A stretch of 64,000 bases of DNA, from the NCBI GenBank assembly GCA_040285855.1, contig JAUFOQ010000013.1, positions 930,001-994,000 on the forward strand, in the 5' to 3' direction. Position numbers and translations under genes: made by a program. The first letter of the stretch is position 1. Each line of letters starts with the position of its first letter. The DNA comes from Eukaryota sp. GEM-RC1. Its lineage: Eukaryota. Positions 37,801 to 50,844 of this stretch are shown here, one piece after another. The notes beneath the pieces were generated by a model. That model did no database searches. It was not told the DNA's origin and saw nothing but the letters and a program-made list of their open reading frames with translations.

Positions 37801-38009
37801 TCCTTTGTTGTGAATTACAAAATATCAGCTGTAACAGTATTACAATGGACATCTCTAGACTGTGTTCACTGTCAGAGAAGCTTTGAAAACCACTCGCTAA
37901 TAAGTGATATCCATGCTCATTTTTTAGTAAAACAAAACAATTATTATTAAAAAACGCCTTTTATTTACTCTTACAAATACAAACTATCATCAATAGTAAC
38001 AAATGAGAG

Positions 38010-38215
38010 ACCAATACCTCTATATCATCTCAAATTCATGTCTCAATGCAAAGAGACGGTTCAAAATTGAATCAAAATACCTAAACAATGCTTTGAAAAG
38101 GGAAAACGACAGCCTTCCTCTCCAGTAACTTTCATTAAAATTCTTTCCATACTGCTTACACAATTTGCCAAAATCTGTGAGAAATTGTTGACCAAAGCAA
38201 CCAAACTTACCATAA
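38010..38215 (-). mobile_element. RLE non-LTR 3' fragment
   Basis: Inverted homolog of 28050-28240. Confidence 0.6.
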
Positions 38216-38634
38216 AGAGAAATATTATTATTTGTGAAGGTGTAAACTACGATAAGATAAGATACATGTAAGATAAGATAAGATAAGATAATTTCCGGTA
38301 TATGCGTCAGTTGAGAAGTTCAGTTAGAGTATTGCAAACATGCTACGAGATATAACAATTGTAAATACAATACCGTATTTCCAAGCACATTCATTTAGAC
38401 TCACAACTTGAGAGGAATCCGAAAAGAGAGCTTTTTATCATCTTGACGAAATCAAACACGATATTATCCCAGAAATGTTTCAATAGAGGCTCAAGTGTGG
38501 TTAAATAATTTTGAGTATCAAATCAAAGCAGAATTCAAACACACTTTTGTACCAGAATCAGAAACTACAGTACATGTAATGAAAATAAATATTCAACAAA
38601 AACAAAATTTATCAAAAATTTAAAGAACGTCACT

Positions 38635-38915
38635 CTAAAAAGTTACAATTGAATCAAAACATGCAGTGTGAGCCTTCTTATAAGGAGTATTAAAAGGAGT
38701 ACCAGCCACATCCACAATCCTATCCCCCCCTCATAGCAAACCCACTGTTCAAAGCATACTCTGAAGCAGCATCTGGTAACTCATCAAAGTTAGAAACACC
38801 TCCACAATGCACCCAACGTACACCAAAGACGATGTTTAACTTTCTCAACATGTCAATAGTTGGAGAAACAACAACAATGGGAAGTCCTGGTCCTGATCTA
38901 GGCTTTTCCTGTAGA
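38635..38915 (-). pseudogene. Pyruvate kinase C-terminal domain fragment
   Basis: PGLPIVVVSP..LRKLNIVFGV..AASEYALNSGF, then after a G-run shift DRIVDVAGTPF, matches PK_C; no N-terminal domains. Confidence 0.7.
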
Positions 38916-38950
38916 CAATCTAAACTTGTGCTTCTTCTCCTGACCAAAAT

Positions 38951-39053
38951 CGCAACGACATGGAATCGAACCATGGTCTGTACTGGATTAGAGTTGCTCA
39001 TAGAGCTGATGAAATAATAGAAATTTACTGTGCTCCCACTGCACCACCGTCGC
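38951..39053 (-). ncRNA. tRNA-like Pol III gene with enlarged anticodon arm (copy A, 103 nt)
   Basis: Acceptor GCGACGG/TCGTTGC, D stem GTGC/GCAC, T arm CATGG-TTCGATT-CCATG, T4 downstream; TCT at anticodon position followed by a ~32-nt insert. Confidence 0.7.
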
Positions 39054-39353
39054 ATTATAAGTTTTGGAGCAAACTTTGCTGAAGACATCAACAAAGAGAA
39101 ATTTGAGGAGAGTTGGTTCTTAGAAGTGCAATATTCATGAGCTGGATTTGTAAACATCTGAGAAAACCCGTGCTAGAACACCATCATCATTGTTTCAGCA
39201 GATTTGAGCTGTTTCATCATACGCTATATAGCAGTTTCATAAACAACCAGTAATTGCTCAGGTTTCAGTACAATACATAAACACTGTTCTAATCCTTCGT
39301 CAAACATTCTTTAACCACATGAAACAACTCAACAAAACGACTAACATACATGT

Positions 39354-40995
39354 TTATTGTACACCCTCCAATTCTTTTCTTTCCCTTGATAACCTAATTA
39401 ATTCCTTAAGCTTAGCTTTGTACTCATCACTAAGATTATCTAATTCATCCACTTCATTTTCTGAAAACTCTCCCAGGTCAATATCTGATGTATCAACGTC
39501 ATCATCAAGCTGTTCACCTTCCAAATCATCCAAATTGAGCTCACCTTCTCCAAACGACGACATATCACCATCAAACATTTCAAAATCAGACTCATCAATC
39601 AAATTATCCACAGTCTTCGGTTTTCCACTAAGTGATTGCTCAAGAGACGTCATCATCGACTCCTCCGCCATCTTTAACTCAGACGCACGATACTTCTTCT
39701 CTTCTGCGTGTTTCTTTTGATTTTTGAGCCAACCCTCGTAATGCGCAACAGTTTCACACACCATCCAAGAAACAATGAATCGAACTTCCTCTTTAACTTT
39801 GATTTCATATTCCCATTCCATTCTTAAAGAATCTTTTAATTCTTTTTTTTTCTTGTTCAGCTAAAAGCAGCGCACGTTGTTTGTCCTCGAGTTTCTGATT
39901 GAGTAACTCTGCACGTTCTCTTTCCTTTTCTCGTTGTTTCTTGAGCTCTTCTAATTGCCTCTCACGTGTAGCTAACGTGGATTTAATCACCTTCAGTTCA
40001 GTTTTTAATTTTTTCTCTAACAAATGTTTTTCTGATGTCAAGTTGGTCACGTTATCCATCATTTCGTGTAATCCTGCTTCAGTTCGACTCTTCTCTTTCT
40101 CTAACACTTTCAACTCCGAAGTAGCTCTGGTATGTTCTTCTTGTAATCGCCATAGAATTTGTTGTTGTTCATTGAACTTTGTTAGTTGTTCTCTAATGAT
40201 ATTTCTCTGTTCGGAAACCTGATCTTCTAGTGATTGGACCTTCACGTCATCACTATTACTGTCATGATCACGTTCTGCCGGCGTTTGAGCTTGATTTTCG
40301 ATTTCAGCAACTTTAATAGCATGCAGTTCCTCCATTTGTCTAACTTCCTCTGTCAACTCTTGGTACTTTCGCTTTCCTTCATCATCAAAAGACTGAACAG
40401 GGAGCTTGGTAATCATTGAGACAAGATTCTGATCTATTCCAAGAGACTCTCGGAGAGCGTTCTTCTGGTCTTCTAGGGCTTGGTATTGGAGCTTCTTATC
40501 ATGTTCTTTGTGTTCGATTTCATGAGCAAGCGATTGGATTCTCTTTTGATGAACTTCCTTGATGAGTTGATGTTTAACCTTGTCAAGTTCCTTGTCAGCA
40601 AGAGCGGAGAGTCTAGCCTTTTCTTCACGAGATTGTTCAATGGAGGAGCGGAGATGTCGAAGTTGACGTTGTTGTTCATCAATGGTGCGTTGTTCTATCT
40701 TACTTAGTTCAGCAAGGTATTCTTCTTTACGGATACTCTGTTTGTCAAGAGATTCACGTTCAATCATGTTGTGAACTTTGTGGAACATTGCGGCTCGCCT
40801 GAGATCCATTTCCGCTCGTAATCGTTCAGCAGCCACAGAAGCAGAATGATGACTTTGACTTGCAAGTTTACTATTGAATTTTCGAGTATATTCACGAGAG
40901 CGAAGGTTCATGTCTGAATGTTTAAGTTCAAGTTCAAGAGAGAGACGATCTGCAGTAGCAGACGCCTTACGAAGCTTGGCTGGAGAGGATGACAT
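39354..40995 (-). CDS. Long coiled-coil protein with acidic C-terminus; frame break in an A run at ~39850
   Basis: ATG 40995 (MSSSPAK); removing one A joins 39805-41019 to 39354-39821. Confidence 0.75.
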
Positions 40996-41059
40996 TAAGG
41001 TCACAGACTTTTTGGCCAATCAGTCTTTCCTTCAACTTTCAAAGTCTTTAAATCCTCAA

Positions 41060-41455
41060 ATGACTGACAACAAACCCTTTTGTAGCCTGAATACTTCAAA
41101 TGTGCTATCCTACATATCAGAATCCGTTCCAACCCTCACTCATCCCGACAAACACACAGATCAACACCAACTTCTCCGTGATTCGTGGGAAACTAGGTTG
41201 GAGATAGGCAGAGTTGTCTCTTCCTCTTTCTTCGACTCTGATGTATATCCACCCAATGATTTTGTGGAAGCCTATCAAAACTCGTACTCCCATCGCCGCT
41301 CATCTTCTTCCAATTCACACTCTTGTCCTCACGACGGAAACTGTAATTCTCATTCTCATTGTTCGAACTGTTTAGTCTTGGGAAATGAAGTAGAAATGTT
41401 GAAACAACAGGTTGAATGGCTTACGGCAAAAGTAACGGCATCTGACTATAATTGA
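41060..41455 (+). CDS. Hypothetical protein with His/Cys-rich motif and short coiled coil
   Basis: ATG 41060 (MTDNKPF), head-to-head with the preceding gene. Confidence 0.65.
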   Translation: MTDNKPFCSLNTSNVLSYISESVPTLTHPDKHTDQHQLLRDSWETRLEIGRVVSSSFFDSDVYPPNDFVEAYQNSYSHRRSSSSNSHSCPHDGNCNSHSHCSNCLVLGNEVEMLKQQVEWLTAKVTASDYN

Positions 41456-41525
41456 CTGGTTGATGACGTGTCAAATGTTATATGATTTGTGTAATATATA
41501 AAAAGCAGGATATACATATTTACAG

Positions 41526-43707
41526 TTAAAATTTGAGTTTTTTGCCAAATTTCTTGAAATTCTTCTGAAAATTGCTATTTCCGTTAAATTCTTTTTTCAT
41601 TTTTTTGATAAAATTCTGCCCCATTTTCTTTCCTTGATAACTATCTTTCAATTCCTCTAGTCTTGAATCTTGAGCTAATACTTGAGATTCAATTAGTTTA
41701 GACACAAACTTAACAATTTCACTACAAGTTGCTTCACTTAGAGAAGATTTCCACGTGGTCAAATAGGATAAACAAAAAACAATATTATTTAAAATAATTG
41801 ACAGATATGGCTCTTGTTGGTCTAACGGAAGAACAAGAACTGATTTACAAATCGGTAGTAAATATTCAATTATTCTGGATAAATGAGGAATTGTCGATGA
41901 TGATTCGAGTAATGTGAAATTTTTAAAAAGTAGCTTTTTAAAAAATGAGCAGGGAGAACCTCAGTGAGACTTAGGAAAGATGATAACTGACATGATTCGG
42001 TGAATGAAAACTCGTGAAAAGAAGAATTGAAACCAATTTTCCAAATTCACTAGAAACATTTGCATCATAAACTGGTAAATAATTAGAAACAAACACAGAA
42101 ATTCTTGGTAGATATCGCCTACAAATGAACGAATTCTCCACGACAACAGATAAAACACCAGTAATCATAGACAACAGAACAGGAAACTTGCCTAAATTAG
42201 GATAATCAACTAGTAGTTCAACAAAGTTGTGGATTGTCGCCGTAGTATTATCCTCAATGACCGTCAGAGCAACTGATTCCAAAATGATCACGTCATCATT
42301 AGAAACTGACGTGACAGACTTGTATGACTCGAGAATCATAGAAAAGTACTCGAAATTAGTATCAAAAACAACACAGTAAAATGGAAGGAGTGTCACACGT
42401 GTTTCTGAGCTCTTCTCTTCAATCATTTTTGACTTTATCAGACTTTTGATTGAAGTTCTTAATGAAGGACACTTTCGTTGTATATAATCAATCAACTTCA
42501 AGCAATCAATAGTTTCCTCTTCTGATTGACAATCAATCACGTGAACAAGCAACTTTGGAATGATCATCGACATGAGAAAAGAGCTTTTGGAATCTGGCAG
42601 TGATTTAATCAGAAATTTAAAATTTTCCTGAAAATATTCACTACATTCAAAACCATCACTAATCAAAGAGCAAACACAATCATTGAAAAACTTAACAAAA
42701 TATTCAGAAGAATTTGGACTGAAAGATCCAGAATCAAAGTGGTGAATGAACCTTAATGAATGATCAAGCAAAGTACATAGATCAGTTGATGAAAATAAAG
42801 GTGATAAATAATTAGGAAGCAATTCTTGAAATATTTTAATATCTTGATTTTGAATCGGTCTGTACTCAAGAAGTTGTTCAATTGTCGACTTTGAATTTTT
42901 CCATGGCAAATTCATAAGATATTTCAAAATTTCATGAAAATATTCATCAGATGAGTGAAACACTAACGAAGCTCTACTATACGCCTTCTGAACAAGCAAA
43001 TCACGTGAGTTCGAAGACTTCACAAGACTAAAGAGATCATCAAAACTATCTTCGGAAAGAAAGGAATATTGATTGAAATATGATTCAAATAGTTTATAAT
43101 CAGGTGAATCAAACTCCAGATTATCAGATGTACACGTGACCAGCACCAAAGACTCCAACAAATCGTGGGATTGCTTAAAACAATTTGACCTAAAGTAAAG
43201 TTCACATAAATGACTGCGGAAATCATAAGAAAATGATTTAATGAGCTGCACGTGTTGAACTGGTGGTTCCATGAACACGTCTTGTTTGGTTTCGTTATAG
43301 TTCTTAACACTGGCAGCTTTGTCAAACAAGGCGACGATGTCCCAAGAAGATGATGATAGAGTAACTCCGGCTTCTTCTTTTAGGGACATTGAAGTGATGG
43401 TGTAGTCCTGTTGGAGAAGATAAGTGTTGATGGAAGATACAATTTGTTGGTGAAGTGATGGAGAATCATGTGATGAGGTCTGAATGGCTTGTTTCTGGTT
43501 GACAGAGGCAGAGGCAACTGGTGTAGAGATTGAGGAGTAGTCAGTAGAGAAGTTCTGGTAGTGTTGCATGAGATTGGGTGTGGAAAGCTTTTGCTGATGA
43601 CATTCTTGGAGGAATTCTAGTCCTGTCAGTGGAAAAAGTGAGTTAAACTGGAGAAAGAACTGCTCTATAAGAGGAATATCGTCCAAGGTAAGTTCTATGT
43701 TGGACAT
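41526..43707 (-). CDS. LisH + HEAT-repeat protein, RELCH/KIAA1468-like; frame breaks near 41900-42020
   Basis: N-terminal LTGLEFLQE and LisH-like INTYLLQQDYTITSMSLKEE; helical remainder. Confidence 0.6.
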
Positions 43708-44142
43708 TGGTCTAGGTGTGTCTTCTGAAATTCAATGACTGTGGTTTGATCAAGTGGAAAATTTGTTTGTTATCGTTTTAGTGGTTTGCTACCATGTATC
43801 CCATTGTATTGATAACATTCTTATAGAGATCATTAAAGTACAATAAACGGAATAAACTTTTCAACAAATTAACGGTAATCATCAAGTTTTGGAAACGTTT
43901 ATCGACGTTTCGGATGCGTTTCCTCTGAGTCATTAGCGTTTCTAAAACGTTTCGTAAAACACTACAATTATGTGAAAATACACATATTGCTATATTTTAT
44001 TAATAAGTTGTACCAGGTGACATCGGGTGAAGTAAAAGAACTTTCTATATTTTATTCAATATTTTAATAAGAGTACATACTGAAAGAGACGATTGAAGAA
44101 GAAAACGTCATTAATTAACCGTAGTGAGTTAACAAAAGAGAA

Positions 44143-46842
44143 TTAGAACCTGATCCGATTATTTGAGATTCTTTTGATGAGTTGTATAATCCCAGAGTCA
44201 ATATAGCAGAAAAATGAAGACAAAAGATGAATCTCAGTAACAGTGGAATTCACCTTCAAAGCATCAGCCAATGCAATGGCACCTTCATTACCAATAGAGT
44301 TAGCCCCAAGATTAATCTCAGTAACAGTAGAATTGACCTTCAAAGCATCAGCCAATGCAATGGCACCTTCAGTACCAATAGAGTTATACCCAAGATTAAT
44401 CTGAGTAACAGTAGAATTGACCTTCAAAGCATCAGCCAATGCAATGGCACCTTCAGTACCAATAGAGTTATACCCAAGATTAATCTGAGTAACAGTAGAA
44501 TTGACCTTCAAAGCATCAGCCAATGCAATGGCACCTTCAGTACCAATAGAGTTACGGAAAAGATTAATCTCAGTAACAGTGGAATTGACCTTCAAAGCAT
44601 CAGCCAATGCAATGGCACCTTCAGTACCAATAGAGTTACGGAAAAGATTAATCTCAGTAACAGTGGAATTGACCTTCAAAGCATCAGCCAATGCAATGGC
44701 ACCTTCAGTACCAATAGAGTTACTACCAAGATCAATCCGAGTAACAGTAGAATTGACCTTCAAAGCATCAGCCAATGCAATGGCACCTTCATTACCAATA
44801 GAGTTTACCCTAAGATCAATCTCAGTAACAGTGGAATTGACCTTCAAAGCATCAGCCAATGCAATGGCACCTTCAGTACCAATAGAGTTACTACCAAGAT
44901 CAATCCGAGTAACAGTAGAATTGACCTTCAAAGCATCAGCCAATGCAATGGCACCTTCATTACCAATAGAGTTTACCCTAAGATCAATCTGAGTAACAGT
45001 GGAATTGACCTTCAAAGCATCAGCCAATGCAATGGCACCTTCAGTACCAATAGAGTTACCCCAAAGATCAATCTTATTAACAGTGGAATTGACCTTCAAA
45101 GCATCAGCCAATGCAATGGCATCTTCAGTACCAATAGAGTTACGGAAAAGATTAATCTCAGTAGCAGTGGAATTGACCTTCAAAGCATCAGCCAATGCAA
45201 TGGCACCTTCAGTACCAATAGAGTTTTCCCGAAGATCGATCTCAGTAACAGTGGAATTGACCTTCAAAGCATCAGCCAATGCAATGGCACCTTCATTACC
45301 AATAGAGTTAAACCCAAGATAAATCTGAGTAACAGTGGAATTCACCTTCAAAGCATCAGCCAATGCAATGGCACCTTCATTACCAACAGAGCTCCGCAAA
45401 AGATCAATCCAAGTAACAGACCCATTCCTCATTTTTTCCAAAACCACCCTCAATCTAGGTTTTAACTTACTCAAATCAATCTCATAATTACTATTAACTT
45501 CCCTTTTTACAGGTATTTCTTGTCGTAATTTCTTCTTTGGCTTTGGAATTAAACCTTGAGAACTTCCAAAAGGAGGTGGTGCAATAAATTTGTGAGGACT
45601 TTCATTGATAGGAGGGTTGGATTTTAAAATTTCCGAATTCAGACGTTCAATTTCTTCTCTTAAGGATTGATTATCCGTTTCTAAATTTAAAATTTGTTGG
45701 TTAGAAGACTTTTCCTTGACATGAAGCTCATTGTTCAGAGTACATAAACCTTGAATTTGATTGATATGTTCAGAATTTTCACGTTTCAAATTCAAAACTT
45801 CATCACTGAGTTCATCAATTTTAGTTTTCAAAGATTCATTTTCTTCAGTCAAAAATGATTGGTCATAATTGTCACCATCAACTTCCAAAACATCCAAATT
45901 ATTTAAAATATCAGTGATTTCATTAATTTGAGGTCGTAATGGTGGATCTGGATTTAAACACTTCATTATTATCTCTTTCAAACACTCTGGTGTTGAATCG
46001 TCAAAAGGTAATAGTTTGCCTTGAACTTTTGGCTCCAACAATCTGCATCATTGAATAACCAGCAAAAGCTTCCCGCCCAGTTAAAAGTTCATATAGTATT
46101 AATCCAAGTGAATAAATATCACTAAAGGGACTAGCATTTGATTCAAACTGCTCAGGGGCAGCATACTTGGGACTCATGGCATTGGATCTAGTCACTAGAG
46201 TGGTGGCAGCGAGGTTCTTGGAAGTGCCAAAATCCGCAACTCTTACATGGTCGTCAACCAAAAGGACATTGGCTGGTTTTAAGTCTCCATGTACAACAGA
46301 CTTGAGATGGAGGAACTTCACTGCCTGGCAAAGTTCTTTAGCGTGCCTAACAGTAGTTGAAGAGAGAAGACTTGGAGAGGGAGGGAAGAAGAAGCTAATT
46401 CCATGATGATACCAATGGAATTATCAAAGTAGGAGGTACCAAACACACGTAAAACAGCAGGATGATTGAGATTGAAGAGAACATTCATTTCCCTCTGGAG
46501 TTCTATGCGTCCTTACTCTGTGAGGGAGACCATCTTGACGGCGACAGGGAGATCGAACCATTTGGCGGAGTACACGTCAGCAAAACCTCCTTCCGCGATC
46601 TTATCTCCGAGAACGATTTGATCTGAGGGGATTTGTGGACAGAGTTCTCCATCGCGAGATGCTTTGACGAGGTCCTGCAGAGCATAGTTTACTTTCCTCT
46701 CTGCAAGACAATCGCTACGACATAGGGGACATTGATTCAGTGACTCTGAACACTGAGAGCAACAAGTATGTCCCTCGCAGCAGATTAGGAGAGGAACACG
46801 GTTAGAGAGATTGAACGATTCACAACAAACGAAGCAGTCCAT
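44143..46842 (-). CDS. RING finger - TKL-type kinase - coiled coil - 14x LRR protein (disrupted; possible pseudogene)
   Basis: CxxC..CCEGHTCCxxC..CxxC; IAEGGFADVY, VAVK, HGDLKPANVL, DFG, YAAPE, DIYSLG; in-frame TAA 46513-46515 and frameshifts at ~46380 and ~46030. Confidence 0.85.
44227..45420 (-). repeat. 84-bp coding tandem repeat (14 RI-like 28-aa LRRs)
   Basis: Unit TxIxLxxNSIG(N/T)EGAIALADALKVNSTV, near-identical DNA. Confidence 0.97.
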
Positions 46843-46887
46843 GTTGAGAAGTGATTTAGCTTCAATTTTGGACAACTCTCTCAAACA

Positions 46888-47243
46888 CAGTGTTCGAAAA
46901 TTTTCCATTTCGGACGCCACCCGGGTAGTCACCGGGTGGCATTAAAGTACGAGACAAAATTTTTGGTGCAAAAACTTCTTTATACACCATATACGATGAA
47001 ACTGAAAGTACTTTAGCAGTGGGTGATATAAAATAACTAACAATGAAGTACTTTGTTTACACTCTGAAAAATATATAAATAAGACTATGTTAGCCTCTCC
47101 GAGCCTGGAAATAACTCCTGTTAAAATAATTGTATTCAGGACACGTTGAACAACGAAGTATGTATTCAGGAAGTCATGGATTGAAGATGATGGTAAGACC
47201 AAAATTATCCACCCAGTACCACCCGGGTGGTTTTCAAACACTG
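46888..47243. mobile_element. hAT MITE
   Basis: TIR CAGTGTT(C/T)GAAAA; TSD CTCAAACA (46880-46887/47244-47251); CCACCCGGGT subterminal repeats. Confidence 0.9.
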
Positions 47244-47329
47244 CTCAAACAGTTCTTTGTCTAAAAAGAAGGTCCAGTACAATCAAGAAATGATTCAGCA
47301 AAATCAAAAGGGCTACCGAATTGATTAGC

Positions 47330-47700
47330 CACGGATATTTTTACATTGGATCCATGTGCTGAAACTTATGTTAACAGTATCACTTCAAAGGTATTAATCA
47401 CCTGGAAACAGCTGAAAAAGGGAAAATAGATTTGTATACCATTATTGTTGCTAGGCTCACCAAAATTTTAATTTGGTCTATTTACTGTAGTTACTTGGAT
47501 AATAGTGTATTCCCAATTTTGGTCGTATGGATAAAATGGCCTCCCAATTTTGACTGATTTTGAACATACGAGTAGAGCTCAGAATCAGATAGTACACTAA
47601 TCAATTTTGCACAACTGTTTGACTTTTTATCCGATCAATTCCCAAATTCATTAAATCAATTAACACCTACTTGTAACAAGCTCTTGTTTTTTGATCAGGA
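47330..47700 (+). mobile_element. Degraded RLE non-LTR 3' fragment
   Basis: LDPCAETYVNSITSKGINHLETAEKGKIDLY; inverted homolog of 36930-37030. Confidence 0.7.
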
Positions 47701-48837
47701 ATTTTCCGTGTCTAGTGTTTCAGAGCTGTTATTTTTGCCGCCTTTATATACTTTTTGTTTAAATTTGGACTTCTTTTATAATCAGTTAATGTAAAAACTG
47801 TTTACCTTAACAGCAGAAAGAACAAATATCCATTCAACATCTCAATCGATATCGACAATGTTTCTCTATAAGTTCCTTAAGCGACTTAGCACTCCCCTCC
47901 ATGCCTCTGTTCAGATAGATTTCATTGTCTTGTTAACCATCAAGTTGTTAAAAGCGCTGAAAAGAGCACAAAACGAGTAGTTTTGAATATAAATCTCTGA
48001 AATTAACTGAACAAAATACACTAGAACTTATAAGAAAAATTGAAACTTTCTACATAACTTTTTAGACGAGACGATGATATATTCTGTCCAGTACAGAATT
48101 CAACCACTACTGTAGATTATAATATATGAAATTCAAAACCCCAACAACAATTATTATTGTTTCGTACGGAATATGTGTTATTGAAAAGAATCTTCTACTA
48201 CTAATATATACCCAGGCACTCTCATGCGACAATTCTAAATAATATGAACATCAAGCAATGCCAACAAAAACTTTTAAATAAGTATAATTAAAACACAATA
48301 AAACACAAATAGAAACGAAATATTATTCTGTATGTCATAGAGAAACCCAATTCATTGGACAGTTTTTGATTCATCGAAACCTATCTGACATTTTACTTCC
48401 TATGATTGCTCCAATATTGTTGTCATATTATCGAGGTCAATAATAATTAAATAGAGTTTTAGTTGATAAGATGTATCTTTCATTGACTCCTAAACAATAG
48501 GCGGATTGGACGAGAAAACAGCTTCAATATCATTTACAAGTTCGTTTCAAGAAAATTTGAGTACTCTTGAATTAAAATGAGTACAATTTTTGGTTGAATT
48601 GATGATGGTGGCATGAACTTTGTGACGCGTTAATTTGACTATGATCTGAAAGAGAGTTTTGCACTAAGCTTGAGAATACCGGAACTCAAGTACATGGATA
48701 AATGAAAGAGATTTTATTTATATCTATTTATGTTTTGTTTTATTTGCTTGAACGTAAAACAGTGTCGAAAATATATATAAATAAAGATTAATATATATAA
48801 AGAGTTTATTTGCAACAATAAATTAATACATACTAAT

Positions 48838-49735
48838 TCAGAAAATGAAAGAAGTTAAATTCTCCACATCAACACGAGAATTGTCCCTATACAACTTCGA
48901 ATAAATGGAACATAAATACTTGGGAATGCTTCTATAAAGAGCGAACATAATTCGATTAATCCATACAGCGCTATTGAACATCTTGCCATTAGAACGACAT
49001 AAAAAACTAAAATCACTGAAAAACTTTAAACCGGCTGGACCAACATTACCAAAAATTGAAATGGCAAATGGAACAAATGAAAACTTAATATATAGATTTT
49101 CATTAAGCTTCTGCAAAGCATCCGCATAATTTGAACACTTTCGTTGTTCAGCCTTTTCCAGATGACCATTCGAATCATCTAATATGGAGTCTTGGTAGAC
49201 TTTTGCAAACGGGTCAACTGTAGTAAAATCAACCACAACTTGAGATGAATCCAGGAAAGGAGCAATTAAGTCACCACGCCGAGAATCAAACACGTTATTG
49301 TCACTATAATGTTTCAAAAGAGGTTCAATATTACAACTATAATTGTAGGATTTGAACATTTCATAAGTAACGTCACGAACAGCGTTATGTAGAACAGATC
49401 GAAATTGCAAAAATTTCTTGCAACTAACAACATGACGAACTGTGGCTGTAGATCGGTCATTGCAAACACAGATTGAATTATTTAGCAAACCACTAGGGAA
49501 TAAACCTAAACGAAGACGCATATTTTGCTTCCAAGCTTCATTGTTCAAATGTAAACCAAAAGGTCTAGGTTGTTGAGTGATGAAGCTAGAACATTGTTGA
49601 ATGTCACATAAAAAAGCTGCAAAGACGGGATTATCAATCTTAGTCACACTAAGTCTTTTACTAAAATCCAAGTCTTCCAACCCAAGTAATGTAGCATTCT
49701 GTAACTTAACTACAGCAAGAGGTAGAAATTCAATT
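48838..49735 (-). mobile_element. RLE non-LTR 3' part (CCHC + RLE in one open frame)
   Basis: MRLRLG..CVC..HVVSC..HNAVRD..IEP..RRGD..DFTTVDP..PFAISIFG..WINRI. Confidence 0.9.
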
Positions 49736-50844
49736 GACCAAGATTAATACAGTATATATAAATAGAGTTTATATTTTTTTTATGCGGAGCCCTTTACGTA
49801 TGTCCCAACGATGCTTTTGTACCTGTAGTCTGTATTTTTACGATGTAATTCAAAATTGTCTCTGGTATTTCCCAGGTATGATTTTTAGCGGCAGTTTTCC
49901 CTATAAAATCCAACAATTGGTAATTATTGTTAGGTATTAAACTTTGCGACTCTGCCTTTCTTTGAAAAAATGAAATACTGAAGCGGTTAGTGTACATGAC
50001 TGTCTTGGGTCCAGTAGATGGAAATCTATCACCAAACACTTGCTGAAAACAACAATGGTCTCAGAGTTGTTGTGATGGATTGAACGGTACTGTAATCAAT
50101 GTTTGCTTCTCTCAAAGTCATAAACAACAAAACGTAATAATTTAATATTGATATTATTTGATACTATTTTAATATTGTACAATGTACAACAAAAAATACA
50201 AATAAATACATGTACAATAACGTGACAATCTCGATCGAAACGATCTCAATAAATACTGCTAGTGGCAGGTAGTGGCGTGTCACACAGCATTTTCTAGGCA
50301 GAAAAACAGGAACATAATAACAGCCCAAAATTGATTACCAAACACAAGGAATATCAGATAATGTCATAATGGAACTGTATTGAGGAAAAGAGTTTGTTTG
50401 GAAAATGTCGGGCGACAAAATATGCATGTGTGTCAGCTGTATTAGCAGCAAATAATTAGCATTAAATGATATGTCGTAATACTTCAAAAACACAATGACG
50501 TCATGATGAGTTGTCATGACGTCATGCCCAGGTATGATTTTAACACGTATTTGATCACTACACTGGCGACAACAATTCGTCTCACTGAGACTATTATGAA
50601 TGACTTGTTTTCCGTGGCGGTAAATAGTCTCAACGCAAAGTGCGTGTATACTGCCTGTATTCATATAAAAGCTTCACTAAACAATGACAACAGAAGTTCT
50701 CTCTACCACTACTTTCTTTGACATCTTTCTTTGAAAGTGGATCAACTATTCAATGATATTACCCTGTGTTGGTGCCATCAGTTTAGCCAAACTAACAGAT
50801 ATGTACAATAAACTAGAAAAGAACAACTAAAGAAATTAACAAAT

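Noticed and set aside
38951..39053. AGA reassignment to Gly or Ala via a TCT-anticodon tRNA with a Gly-like body and G3:U70
   Set aside because: Conserved Arg residues in RPL22 (SKRYLKY, LRV) and RPS21 (TNR) are encoded by AGA
44227..45465. CRISPR-like array, or the plus-strand repetitive ORFs
   Set aside because: Contiguous 84-bp in-frame LRR coding repeats on the minus strand; the antisense ORFs are shadows
46513..46515. TAA read as Gln (hexamitid-type code)
   Set aside because: RPL22 and MAD1 end in TAA and RPS21 and ald end in TAG at the expected positions
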